A program made the position numbers and the translations under genes. From an uncultured Verrucomicrobiae bacterium (GTDB lineage Bacteria; Verrucomicrobiota; Verrucomicrobiia; Limisphaerales; AAA164-E04), in the NCBI GenBank assembly GCA_943788245.1, contig CALSPN010000007.1:47446-111445 (forward strand): a stretch of 64,000 bases of DNA, in the 5' to 3' direction. The notes beneath the pieces were generated by a model. That model was given only the letters and a program-made list of their open reading frames with translations, had not been told where the DNA came from and made no database searches. Of this stretch, positions 39,058 to 49,020 are shown in pieces; positions within the stretch are counted from its first letter, which is position 1, and each line of letters opens with the position of its first letter.

Positions 39058-40374
39058 CTAGGTCAGATCCATCAAATGCTTTTTCAAAAAGCTCCAGGCG
39101 GTTTCTTGCATTTGACGATTAAAGATATGTCCTGTGTCGTATTCCTGAATATAGAGTCGATCATCGAATCCACCTTTGGAGAAAGATTGATTGATTTGCT
39201 TGTAGGCTGCGTTGACTCCTTCTTGATTGAAGAAGCTATCCTTACCCCCACCTAACACCATCAGAGCACCAGGCATGGACAAAGCTGCTAGATCCGAAAA
39301 ATCCATGTATCGTGACATACCCGGAATAAGTATGGAATAACCCATGGTGAACTTGATATTGTTTTGTAGTTGGTATGGCATGGAGGTCATCCAGCAGGCG
39401 TTCACGGTCGCCTTGATGCGATCGTCCAATGCAGATAGCATCAAGGCACGCATACCTCCAGTCGAAAACCCAACACAACCAATACGGCTACGATCGACTT
39501 CAGGGCGACTCCACAGATAATCCACCGTACGAATATCATCCCAGGCGGCTATCCCTGCCCAAGTTGTGCCCGCTGCCAGCAGGGTGCGATCCAGCAAGTG
39601 TTCGTAGGTGGACGCACGTATATTGAATGAATTGACTTGATCGGGTGCCAGGTCGTCAGGACGATCCCACCATGCATCTGGATCCCCATCCATCATGTAA
39701 CGTCGATTACCCCAGTAAAGCATATCGATGACGACCACCAGATAACCCTGACGCGCCAGGTCAGCCCCAAGCGATTGGCCTTCGTAATAACGTTGCCTGT
39801 ATTCGGTAAGGATCGTGTGTTCATCAGACAATTTGACTAACTTTTCCTTTCCCCACATGTAAAAACCACCGTGGTCATGCATTAAAATTACAGCTGGCGT
39901 TCCTCGTTTGGCGGCACTTTTAGGAACAAGCACGTAAGCGGGAACTCGAGTGTCCTTGGTAGTGCTGAATATGATTTCTTCAATCATGAAATCTCCAGCA
40001 TCGGTTTCTTTGAGTTTGGCAGGCTTGGGGGGCCATTGCACTGGAGTATGATGCAGCAGGTCGACGAGTCGATTCCTCGTAACATGCTTCCAGGTTTTTA
40101 AATCTGTGTAGTTGTCCCGCGTGAAGGAGTAGGGAAAGTAAGCTCTTTTAGCCTGGTTTTGGATCAATGGCCACATGGACCCTACATCGGAATTGTAAAT
40201 AGGGCGATTTGTTGAAATAGGAACAGGGACAGTGAAGGGATTGCTCGCCGTTTGCGCATTCAATTCAGCCCCAACGGCAGCTGATCCGAGTAGTCCCCCA
40301 AGTTGAGCCATAAAGGTTCTTCGATTGGGGGATTTCTCAGATCTGGGATTTGTATTCATAGGATGAGATGACAC
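39058..40374 (-). CDS. Tat-exported alpha/beta hydrolase (dienelactone hydrolase-like)
   Basis: NRRTFM Tat motif, HDHGG, GFSTGG and GHIF. Confidence 0.85.
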   Translation of the reverse strand: MSSHPMNTNPRSEKSPNRRTFMAQLGGLLGSAAVGAELNAQTASNPFTVPVPISTNRPIYNSDVGSMWPLIQNQAKRAYFPYSFTRDNYTDLKTWKHVTRNRLVDLLHHTPVQWPPKPAKLKETDAGDFMIEEIIFSTTKDTRVPAYVLVPKSAAKRGTPAVILMHDHGGFYMWGKEKLVKLSDEHTILTEYRQRYYEGQSLGADLARQGYLVVVIDMLYWGNRRYMMDGDPDAWWDRPDDLAPDQVNSFNIRASTYEHLLDRTLLAAGTTWAGIAAWDDIRTVDYLWSRPEVDRSRIGCVGFSTGGMRALMLSALDDRIKATVNACWMTSMPYQLQNNIKFTMGYSILIPGMSRYMDFSDLAALSMPGALMVLGGGKDSFFNQEGVNAAYKQINQSFSKGGFDDRLYIQEYDTGHIFNRQMQETAWSFLKKHLMDLT

Positions 40375-40442
40375 TGTAACAATAGATTTTCAGGTATGTA
40401 CACCAGAAATTGACGCGCAAGACATTCGAGAGAAGAGCGCAA

Positions 40443-40610
40443 TCACATGCGATTCATATAGTAGATAAAAAACGCTACCAACCCGGATACCAGAATTCCA
40501 ACGGCCAAAGCCCATCGCAGGAACTGGGCATGGCGTTGACGATTGCTTCGCCCCATTCCTGGAAGAAGGTAATACCGATGCTCCTCTTTATTTTTTTTTG
40601 AACCAAACAT
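40443..40610 (-). CDS. Small single-TM protein (55 aa)
   Basis: MFGSKKNKEEHRYYLLPGMGRSNRQRH followed by a hydrophobic C-terminal helix; co-oriented between two minus-strand genes. Confidence 0.6.
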   Translation of the reverse strand: MFGSKKNKEEHRYYLLPGMGRSNRQRHAQFLRWALAVGILVSGLVAFFIYYMNRM

Positions 40611-40748
40611 GGTCGTAATATCACAGCCGGGTCGACACCGCTGAGCGTCTGGACATTTAACGGTCATCCAGTAGACGAGTCAATGCATTGAACATTGAGG
40701 CCCCAGACCAGACGGTAGAAAACCAAGTGAACGGGCTCAATCCTCATA

Positions 40749-42401
40749 CTAGAAGCGCAATTCGCTAAGCTTGACTGTCCGCTGATAGATGGGTTCATCA
40801 TCGACGGTTTGAATGTGATAAGTGAGCGCAGGATCTTTGGAGGTGGTGTCAAAGCTCAATATGCCAAAGGATCGTTTGGCATTGTAACCGAAGAGACTTT
40901 TTTCCATCACCTTGTGAACATGTATGTTTGTTAATCGAGAGGACATGAACTCGTATAATGGATAAGCATCCGGTCTCTCTATTTTCCATATGTCAGAGCG
41001 GTGACGATCAGCAGCAATCAAGGCCACTCCTTCAATCCGGTTTTGTTGTAGAAATGAAAAGATCTCTTCCCTTTCTTCTGGATAACCATCCCATGGATCA
41101 CGACTGCGCGGTTTGACTCCAGAGGCAAAAGGAACCGATGAAGCAATAATCTTGAAGATACCCTTGGAATCGCGAAGGGTTTGATACAACCACTTTTTCT
41201 GAGGAATTCCCAGCATGGTGCGGCCCTCGCCGACTTTTGGGTTGGTTCGGTAATAACGGCAATCCAGCATGATGAAATGGACGTCACCTACGTAAAAATC
41301 ATGATAGCAGCCCGGGGCTTCTACTCCACTCCCGTAAGCATGATTGTTCCAATTCTCTTGAAAGGTCTTGAGGACCGTACGCTTCCAAGCCGGACTATCA
41401 GTATCGTTTCCATACCAACAATCATTATCACCAAAATCGTGATCGTCCCAAATGGATGCGATTGAGACCGAGGATGCTAATGCTCGGTAAGGAATGGAAG
41501 ATTGACGGCGATAGTAGCAATAACGCTGGATGGCGCGCTTTTCGGGTTGGTCAACATAAATATTGTCGCCCAATTGGAGAAAGGCGACGGGTTGATGACT
41601 TTTGATGGTTGTGAAGACACGTTCAAATTCCGGGGTGTAAGCCGCCCCACCACCAAATGCTACTTTAAAAATAGCGGATCGATTCTGTTTGGGGAAAGTC
41701 CGAAACTGAAACACATCCGAAGTCTTTTCCCCATCCAGAATAAGTCGATATCGGTAGGTTTGATTCGCTTTAAGCTTCCCCACCTGAACCGTGGCTGTGA
41801 AATCATCCTCGACCTTGGTCAAGACTGCTTCTGAGAGGATCGTTTTGGAACGTCGGCCCTGGTGGACCGGATACAACTCCACGGCAAACGAAGCTTGTCG
41901 TTCCGTTCGAACCCAGAAACTGGCGGAACGATCCGTTACCGCCCCCAGGATGGGGCCATGTACCCATAGTTTATTTTTTTCATTTTTTAACGCTTTAAAG
42001 GCAGATAAACCATGAAGTGGCTCAAGCATCTCACGCGGACCCGCGGTAAAACGCTCAAAAGGTAATCCCGCACCCAAAGCACGCGTTACAAAAGTCATTG
42101 CCTGCTCACCTTCCCCATTTTTTGCATGAGCCACAGCCAAACCAAAAAGAGCTTCCTGACGATTTGGATCATCAACCAACCGCTTCTGATAGAGCTTGAT
42201 GGCCTCATCCGTTTTCCCGCCATAGATCAAAACCATCTCATCACGCCCCTCTTTGTTAGCCCAGTCATTTGGAGCTTGGGCAGATAACAGAATCCCGATA
42301 CCTGGGAGAAAGCACATTGCAATCAGACTTAGGTTCAAGGTTGAGCGGGGCCATTGGAGATTGTTAATGATGGATCCAACTTTGTGCATGGCAATACCCA
42401 T
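40749..42401 (-). CDS. phoD: Alkaline phosphatase D family protein with N-terminal TPR
   Basis: LGDNIYVD, WDDHDFGDND, MLDCRYYR, WDGY and ADRH; TPR-like EALFGLAVAHAKNG. Confidence 0.85.
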   Translation of the reverse strand: MGIAMHKVGSIINNLQWPRSTLNLSLIAMCFLPGIGILLSAQAPNDWANKEGRDEMVLIYGGKTDEAIKLYQKRLVDDPNRQEALFGLAVAHAKNGEGEQAMTFVTRALGAGLPFERFTAGPREMLEPLHGLSAFKALKNEKNKLWVHGPILGAVTDRSASFWVRTERQASFAVELYPVHQGRRSKTILSEAVLTKVEDDFTATVQVGKLKANQTYRYRLILDGEKTSDVFQFRTFPKQNRSAIFKVAFGGGAAYTPEFERVFTTIKSHQPVAFLQLGDNIYVDQPEKRAIQRYCYYRRQSSIPYRALASSVSIASIWDDHDFGDNDCWYGNDTDSPAWKRTVLKTFQENWNNHAYGSGVEAPGCYHDFYVGDVHFIMLDCRYYRTNPKVGEGRTMLGIPQKKWLYQTLRDSKGIFKIIASSVPFASGVKPRSRDPWDGYPEEREEIFSFLQQNRIEGVALIAADRHRSDIWKIERPDAYPLYEFMSSRLTNIHVHKVMEKSLFGYNAKRSFGILSFDTTSKDPALTYHIQTVDDEPIYQRTVKLSELRF

Positions 42402-42644
42402 AACCTTACCGCCTCAGGAAAACAATCCTCGATTTATAGGGTTTCTGAAATTCCTAATTGCCTCCAAATGATCATCAATAGCCTGATGTCCTCTGAGTGG
42501 ATCGAAACACAGGCATTAGAGGACTGAGCAGCGTGGAGCGTTCCTATGTGAATTACGACTCCGCGTGGGTAATCAATGTTGACTTTTACCTGAGTTGTGG
42601 GTCCTTGAGCGGCATATGAAACTTGTCGGGAACTGTTGGACGCT

Positions 42645-43886
42645 TCATTTTTGTTCAGCCTGTTTCATGTTATTCATACGACCTTGCGGGGTAGATTGAA
42701 TATTGGCAGGGATCTGGCCAGGAGTTGCAGGACCTTGCAATGAGGGTGATTGAGTCCACAAACGCTTTTGATATGTGGCTCTACCTGCATTGGGAGAGGA
42801 AACATTGGGGCCATGATTGGTTTGATATGCGGCGGACACTTTTTGGTCGGCCGCTTGATTTCGCAATCCCGTTTGCATCCATGGAAGGAGTCTGTTCGCA
42901 GGGATGCCATGATTACCAATCCGCTGATCCTTACCTCGCGCAAATCTGTCGGCAGGCTTGGAATATTGAAATACCAGGCGCGCCTTTTCGGCATTCAGAA
43001 TTTTAGCATCCAGTGATGTTTCGAGCAGATGTTTCTTGGGAAGGAAAACGAAATACTTTTCACTTAAGGGAGTCGAAAAAACAGCGGAATTGGGTTTTAA
43101 GTTTTCTTTGCTGGGAGTTGCATGCTGAGGATTCTTTTGAATCGGGGGTAGAGGAGCCCAACCACAATATTCACTCGCATTGCGCCAAGTGACCCAGGCC
43201 GTGCTCCAGCTTCCCTCCGGCTTCCATGCCCAGCCCTTTGATGTATGAAACCATCGACCATAATGAAATGGATAGGCCCCCCAGTGATAATCTGAATGCC
43301 AGAGCCACCCAAGATTTGTGTAGGTCCATTTACCTTGATTCAGAAAAGGCCGCCATTGAGGGTTCTTCTGACTCTCTTGAGGAATCCAACATGTACCAAA
43401 TTTGGAGTGCCTGAACCAGCGGCCGTGTGGATTTAACGCATTGTGAAAAAGATGGAACTGCGTTTGTGGAATATCGGATGTGACGCATTCATATTTCCCT
43501 TCCAATCCTACCAGATCAAATGGAAGTTCATTGTCATTGGCGGAATTGTTGGACTGGACTGGCGGTGGCGGCGTAATCTCGGCTAAGAATGTCTTTTGCT
43601 TCTTGGAATTTCGTAAACCCGAAGCAGAGGTGTTCGCTGTATCGGTCGTGACTTTGTCTCTGTAGCGCGTATCCAATTTGTTTTCCGACTGCTTTTCGTA
43701 TTTATTTTTTTGTGCAGCCGGATGCGCATCTGCATGATTGGAACTGGAAACCAGCAACGCAGATTTCGTTTCCTCATTGAATAACTCAAGCTGATTGAGG
43801 TGCTGAGTAAGGACATCTGCAATGATGAGACCTACCAGAAACAGGCTTCCCGCCAATATCAAGGTACGTTCAGATTGTTGTTTCAT
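42645..43886 (-). CDS. DUF6600-type Trp/Tyr-rich domain protein
   Basis: LNPHGRW, WRPFLNQGKWTYT, WGAYPFHYGRW, AWVTWR and GWAPLPP. Confidence 0.75.
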   Translation of the reverse strand: MKQQSERTLILAGSLFLVGLIIADVLTQHLNQLELFNEETKSALLVSSSNHADAHPAAQKNKYEKQSENKLDTRYRDKVTTDTANTSASGLRNSKKQKTFLAEITPPPPVQSNNSANDNELPFDLVGLEGKYECVTSDIPQTQFHLFHNALNPHGRWFRHSKFGTCWIPQESQKNPQWRPFLNQGKWTYTNLGWLWHSDYHWGAYPFHYGRWFHTSKGWAWKPEGSWSTAWVTWRNASEYCGWAPLPPIQKNPQHATPSKENLKPNSAVFSTPLSEKYFVFLPKKHLLETSLDAKILNAEKARLVFQYSKPADRFARGKDQRIGNHGIPANRLLPWMQTGLRNQAADQKVSAAYQTNHGPNVSSPNAGRATYQKRLWTQSPSLQGPATPGQIPANIQSTPQGRMNNMKQAEQK

Positions 43887-44071
43887 TACATTTTTGTTGC
43901 AGGATGCAAGAGACGACCTGCATCCTACTAAAAATAGCAAGTTGCACGCCAACTAAGCGTTAAAAGTTACCATACGGGAAGGCTGATGAAACGCCACACA
44001 CCAACATTCAAACATGCGGGCGTAAGATCAACTTGCGCCCTCGGGCAAGATTCAAATACAGTTCCAGCATC

Positions 44072-44851
44072 ATGCAATTATCATTCCTGCTAAAGTTCAC
44101 CTTCGCGCTTCCACGACTGCATGTTACGCTTACGGCAGCAGGACTCGCGCTTTTGATCTCCGCACAAGCAGAACACTCGAGTTCAGAAACCGAGGTTCGC
44201 CCTGAAAATTTCGTTGTTATTGACCAACATATCCCGGGGATCAAGGTCCAGTTACGATACGGTACGGCATCAAATTTCACAGGCAACGTGGTCACCGGAT
44301 ACAAGGAGGGCAAGTGTTGGATCACAAAAGAGGCGGCCAATGCCCTGAGCAAAGTGCAAAAGGAGGTTCAACAGATGAACTTGTCTTTACTCGTCTTTGA
44401 TGCCTTTCGTCCCCAACGGGCTGTGGATTCATTTGTGGAATGGGCCAAGGAATCCGGCACGTCAAAACAGCAAAAGGATCAATATTTTCCAAATCTGAAA
44501 AAGTCCGAGCTCTTCCCGAAAGGCTACATTGCTGATAAATCAGGACATACCCGAGGGAGTACCATCGATCTGACCCTTTGCGAGGTCAATGAAAGGGGAG
44601 AATTGTCGCCACTTGATATGGGAACACCTTTCGATTTCTTCGGGAAAGAAGCAGGAACAGAGTTCAAAGGAATCCCTGCCCAGCAAAGAGCCAATCGCCT
44701 GCTGTTGAAAACGTTGATGGAGAAGCACGGATTCAGGAATTATCCGGTCGAATGGTGGCACTTCACTTTGAAAAACGAGCCGTATCCCGATGCTTACTTC
44801 GATTTCCCCATATCAGACAATGATACGCCAAATGAAATCAATGGCTTTTAG
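44072..44851 (+). CDS. ddpX: D-alanyl-D-alanine dipeptidase (VanX/DdpX, M15D)
   Basis: DAFRP, SGHTRGSTIDL, DMGTPFD and EWWHF. Confidence 0.92.
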   Translation: MQLSFLLKFTFALPRLHVTLTAAGLALLISAQAEHSSSETEVRPENFVVIDQHIPGIKVQLRYGTASNFTGNVVTGYKEGKCWITKEAANALSKVQKEVQQMNLSLLVFDAFRPQRAVDSFVEWAKESGTSKQQKDQYFPNLKKSELFPKGYIADKSGHTRGSTIDLTLCEVNERGELSPLDMGTPFDFFGKEAGTEFKGIPAQQRANRLLLKTLMEKHGFRNYPVEWWHFTLKNEPYPDAYFDFPISDNDTPNEINGF

Positions 44852-44913
44852 GACCAGGAGCCGCTTGAAACCAGAAGGTGCTTCTATCATGGCGCTCGCA
44901 TGCGATATTGAAG

Positions 44914-46470
44914 CTACTTTTTAGGAGGAAGATCTTTTCTTGGAAACAGAGGCTGGGGTTTCCCTATGACATGATCGGCGGCCATGCCTCCCCACGCTGA
45001 TTTCCTGAACAGATCAGGTTTATCCTCAAGACCGAGTTGATCATAGATTTTCTGAGATGTACCGGGTAAGTAGGGATTCAACAAAACAGCGATCACACGG
45101 CATGATTCAACCAGCGAGTAAAGGATCTCCCCCAGTCGACCTGATTGCTCTGGATCTTTCGCCAATTTGAAAGGAGCCGTCTGGTCGATGTATTGGTTTA
45201 TTCTGGCAATCAATTCCCAGATTCTCCTCAGGGCGCCTTGCAGCTTGTGGCTACGGGACAATTCGATGACCTCTTTGGAGGCTTCATTTACCTCTGTTTC
45301 GAGTTCGTTGCAGATCGCGGGGACAGCCCCCTGACGGTATCGATTCAACATCGATAGTGAACGATTGACCAGATTGCCGATCCCATTGGCCAATTCAGCC
45401 GCGTAACGCGTTTGAAAACCGCCATTGGTCCAGTTGCCGTCGGGACCTATATCTAGTTCACGCAGCATGTAATACCGAAAAGCATCGATTCCCCATTCAT
45501 CGATGACAGCAATGGGGTCAACGACATTACCGGTGGTCTTGCTCATTTTTTGACCATCCTTTTGCCACCAGCCATGAACACAGACTTGTCTGGGCAATGG
45601 GATCCCTGCGGCCTTCAGCATGATGGGCCAATAGACGGCATGGAATTTCAGAATGTCTTTACCAATCACATGCACATCGGCAGGCCAAAGGCTGGCTTGC
45701 GAGTCCGTTTCGATGTCAAAACCAGGCAGGGAGGGATCCCCCATGGAAGCCGGTACCGTCACGTAATTGGTCAGGGCATCAAACCAAACGTAGGTGACAT
45801 AATTTTCGTCAAAAGGTAGTGGAATGCCCCAGTTGAGCCGTGACTTGGGCCGAGAAATACAAAGATCCTCAAGCTTGTTGTTCTTGAGAAAACCTAGCAC
45901 TTCGTTGCGGCGATAATCCGGATAAACGAAATCAGGATTTGCTTCGATGTAATCGATCAACCATTGCTGATGCCTTCCAAGCTTGAAATAATAATTATCT
46001 TCGACAAGACGAACCACCTCTCCATAAATTCCATCGAAAGAGCCGTCTTCACGACGGTCCTTTTCAGTGAGGAAAGTTTCCTGTTTGGCAGAATAGTAAC
46101 CCTCGTAGGTGGCTTTGTAAAAATGATCTTCCTTGTAAAGTTTATTGAGGATGGTGCGCACCACGTGTTTATGCCGCTCCTGCGTCGTGCGAATAAAATC
46201 ATTATTGGAAAGCCCCAAAACGCCAACAAAGGATTGCCAGCTATCAGCCAGTTCGTCACAGTAACTTTGGCTTTCCTTGCCTTGTTCCATTGCAGCCTTC
46301 TGGACTTTCTGTCCATGTTCATCCAATCCAGTAAGGAAATAAGTGGATTCACCAAAGCTCTGATGGACTCGACAAATGGCATCGGTGATTACTTTTTCGT
46401 AGGCATGCCCCAAATGAGGATGCCCATTCACATAATCGATGGCTGTCGTTAGATAAAAAGATTTACTCAT
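44914..46470 (-). CDS. metG: Methionine--tRNA ligase (short monomeric form)
   Basis: HLGH, GLDEHGQK, YVWFDAL, GKDILKFH and KMSKT. Confidence 0.97.
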   Translation of the reverse strand: MSKSFYLTTAIDYVNGHPHLGHAYEKVITDAICRVHQSFGESTYFLTGLDEHGQKVQKAAMEQGKESQSYCDELADSWQSFVGVLGLSNNDFIRTTQERHKHVVRTILNKLYKEDHFYKATYEGYYSAKQETFLTEKDRREDGSFDGIYGEVVRLVEDNYYFKLGRHQQWLIDYIEANPDFVYPDYRRNEVLGFLKNNKLEDLCISRPKSRLNWGIPLPFDENYVTYVWFDALTNYVTVPASMGDPSLPGFDIETDSQASLWPADVHVIGKDILKFHAVYWPIMLKAAGIPLPRQVCVHGWWQKDGQKMSKTTGNVVDPIAVIDEWGIDAFRYYMLRELDIGPDGNWTNGGFQTRYAAELANGIGNLVNRSLSMLNRYRQGAVPAICNELETEVNEASKEVIELSRSHKLQGALRRIWELIARINQYIDQTAPFKLAKDPEQSGRLGEILYSLVESCRVIAVLLNPYLPGTSQKIYDQLGLEDKPDLFRKSAWGGMAADHVIGKPQPLFPRKDLPPKK

Positions 46471-46691
46471 GAAATACTCACGTCTTCAAAATCAAAATGA
46501 TCGAAGACAATGAGATTGCCAATACTTTTTCAAGAAATTCAGAAGTTCTCGTTTTTCACATGTGTTTGGATCAGACGGATGAAGTGGTATTTAATTGGGA
46601 AACGATTCAAGGAAGACCGATCCGAAGAAATCGCCCCATACATCAACATTGACAGTGAGCGCGTGGTATTTGATTATATTGAATATAAACC

Positions 46692-49020
46692 ATGCATCCA
46701 AAAACCGTCAGTTTAAGCTTGGCATGCCTCCTTCAATGGGAATGCGCTTCAGGCGAATCTCCAATACCCCCTTCTTTCATTGAGACTTATTGCTACGAAT
46801 GCCACGACAGTGATTCAACGAAAGGGAATCTCGATTTGGAACGCACTCAAAAGGGTTCGATTGCAGAACATGGAAGCATCTGGGAGAAAGTCTTGCGAAA
46901 AATGGATGCACGGCAAATGCCCCCCATTGGAAATGAACGACCAAGCGACGATCTTTTTGAAGAAATTACCTCCGATCTCGCTGTTTCGCTCGATCAATGG
47001 GCAACCCTTCATCCCAACCCCGGCAGGACCGAGACCATTCGACGCTTGACCCGCACGGAATATCAAAATGCCATCCGGGACCTCCTTGCCGTCCGAGTCG
47101 ACACCAAGGCACTGTTGCCAAAGGATGAGTCCAGTCATGGCTTTGATAATATCACTGTCGGCAACCTTTCCCCTACCCTCCTGAATCGCTACATCTCAGC
47201 AGCACAGAAAATCAGCCGACTGGCAGTCGGTGCAAGCCATGTCAAACCGGGCGGCCAGACTTATCGAATCCCGGCAGATGTCACTCAGGAATCTCATGTT
47301 GAAGGGCTACCTCTGGGTACGCGTGGAGGGACTGTTGATCCCCCACAAGTTCACCCACGATGCGGAATACGAAATTCGAGTAAGACTGGCACGGGACAGG
47401 AATGAAGTCATTGAGGGGCTGAATGGTTCGTATGAACTGGATATATTGATGGATGATCAACGTATCCGACGCTTCAAGGTGGGACCTCCGAAAACCAAAG
47501 GAGATTACGACAGCGTGGATGGGAGGTTGTCGATTCGCGTTCCTGTCAAGGCTGGCTTGCGTCGGATAGGAGTCACCTTTGCCGATCATTCCGATGCGCT
47601 GCTGGAAAGGAAGCGTCAACCTTACAGGGTGGCTTTTAACATGCACCGACATCCCAGACTCAGTCCTGCCATCTATCAGGTAAGCATCAACGGCCCTTTT
47701 CAGATTCAGGGTTCCGGAGAAACGGCAAGCCGGGCAAAAATATTCATAGAAAAACCCCAGACACCTGCTGAGGAGGATCAATGCGCCAAACGCATCCTTT
47801 CCCACTTGATGCGCCGCGCCTATCGACGTCCGATCACATCGGAGGATTTGATTCAACCTCTGAGGTTCTATCGTCAAGAATCTGCCAAGAAAGGATTCGA
47901 GGCAGGCATCGAGACTGCCTTGAGTGCGATCCTGGTCAGCCCTCAGTTTCTATTGCGCATTGAAAACGAACCACATGATGTGCTGCCCGACACTCCCTAC
48001 AAGGTATCCGATCTGGAATTAGCCACTCGACTTTCCTTTTTCCTTTGGAGCAGCATTCCAGATGAGACTCTACTTGATCTGGCCTCACATGGCGCACTCA
48101 GCAAAGGCGATGAACTGACACGGCAAACAAAGAGGATGCTCAGGGACCCACGAGCAAAGAGCCTGATAACCAATTTCGCCGACCAATGGCTTTACTTGAG
48201 AAATCTCGACTCGTTCACACCTGACGCACGCTTGTTCCCGGATTTCGACGAGAATCTGCGAAAGGCGCTACGAAAAGAAACTGAAATGCTTTTCGGGCAC
48301 ATTTTGAAGGAGGACCGGAGTGTCCTCGAATTGTTGCAATGTAATTACACCTTCCTGAATGAACGCCTGGCCAGACACTACAGCGTCCCCGGCATTCATG
48401 GATCGCATTTCCGAAAGGTTGCCTTGAAACCGGAGATGCATCGCGGCGGGGTTCTTCGACACGGAAGTATCCTTGCCGTGACTTCCTATGCCACTCGCAC
48501 TTCGCCTGTCATCCGGGGGCACTGGATATTGGGGAACCTGCTGGGATCACCGCCTCCACCACCTCCACCGAACATACCCGCACTTGAGGAAACATCTGTC
48601 GATGCAAGTTTGTCCGTCAGGGAGCGGTTTGCTGAACATCGTGCCAATGCGGCATGTGCAAGGTGCCATGACGTGCTGGATCCGGTAGGGTTTGTTTTGG
48701 AAAATTTTGATGCAGTCGGTCGTTGGCGTGACATGGAAAATGGGCGCCCTGTGGATGCATCAGGGGGATTTTCAGATGGCAGCCAGTTTGAGGGGGTGGA
48801 GGCACTCGAAGAAGCAATACTCAGGCGCCCCAAACTTTTCGTACAAACACTTTCCGAAAAATTGCTGACCTACGCCCTGGGCCGAGGCATTGAAACGTAT
48901 GATGCTCCCGCTGTTCGCCGCATCATTCGACACGCAGAAAAGGATGATTTCCGAATGAGTTCGATTATCCTTGGAGTGGTCCGGAGTCAGCCGTTCCAAA
49001 TGAGAAAGACGTTACCATGA
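46692..49020 (+). CDS. Planctomycete-type cytochrome c + DUF1587/1592/1588/1585 protein, split by an apparent +1 frameshift at about 47328-47330
   Basis: CYECH, RRLTRTEYQNAIRDLL, ELATRLSFFLWSSIPD, RTSPVIRG, CARCH and LENFDAVGRWR; removing one G gives LPLGTRGGLLIPHKF. Confidence 0.88.

Noticed and set aside
42481-42524. CTGATG...GAAAC hammerhead-like core with GTCCTCT/AGAGGAC stem
   Set aside because: Core lacks A9 and the proper stem II closure; only a generic hairpin.
44072-44851. Vancomycin-resistance locus
   Set aside because: No vanH, vanA or vanRS nearby; stand-alone dipeptidase.
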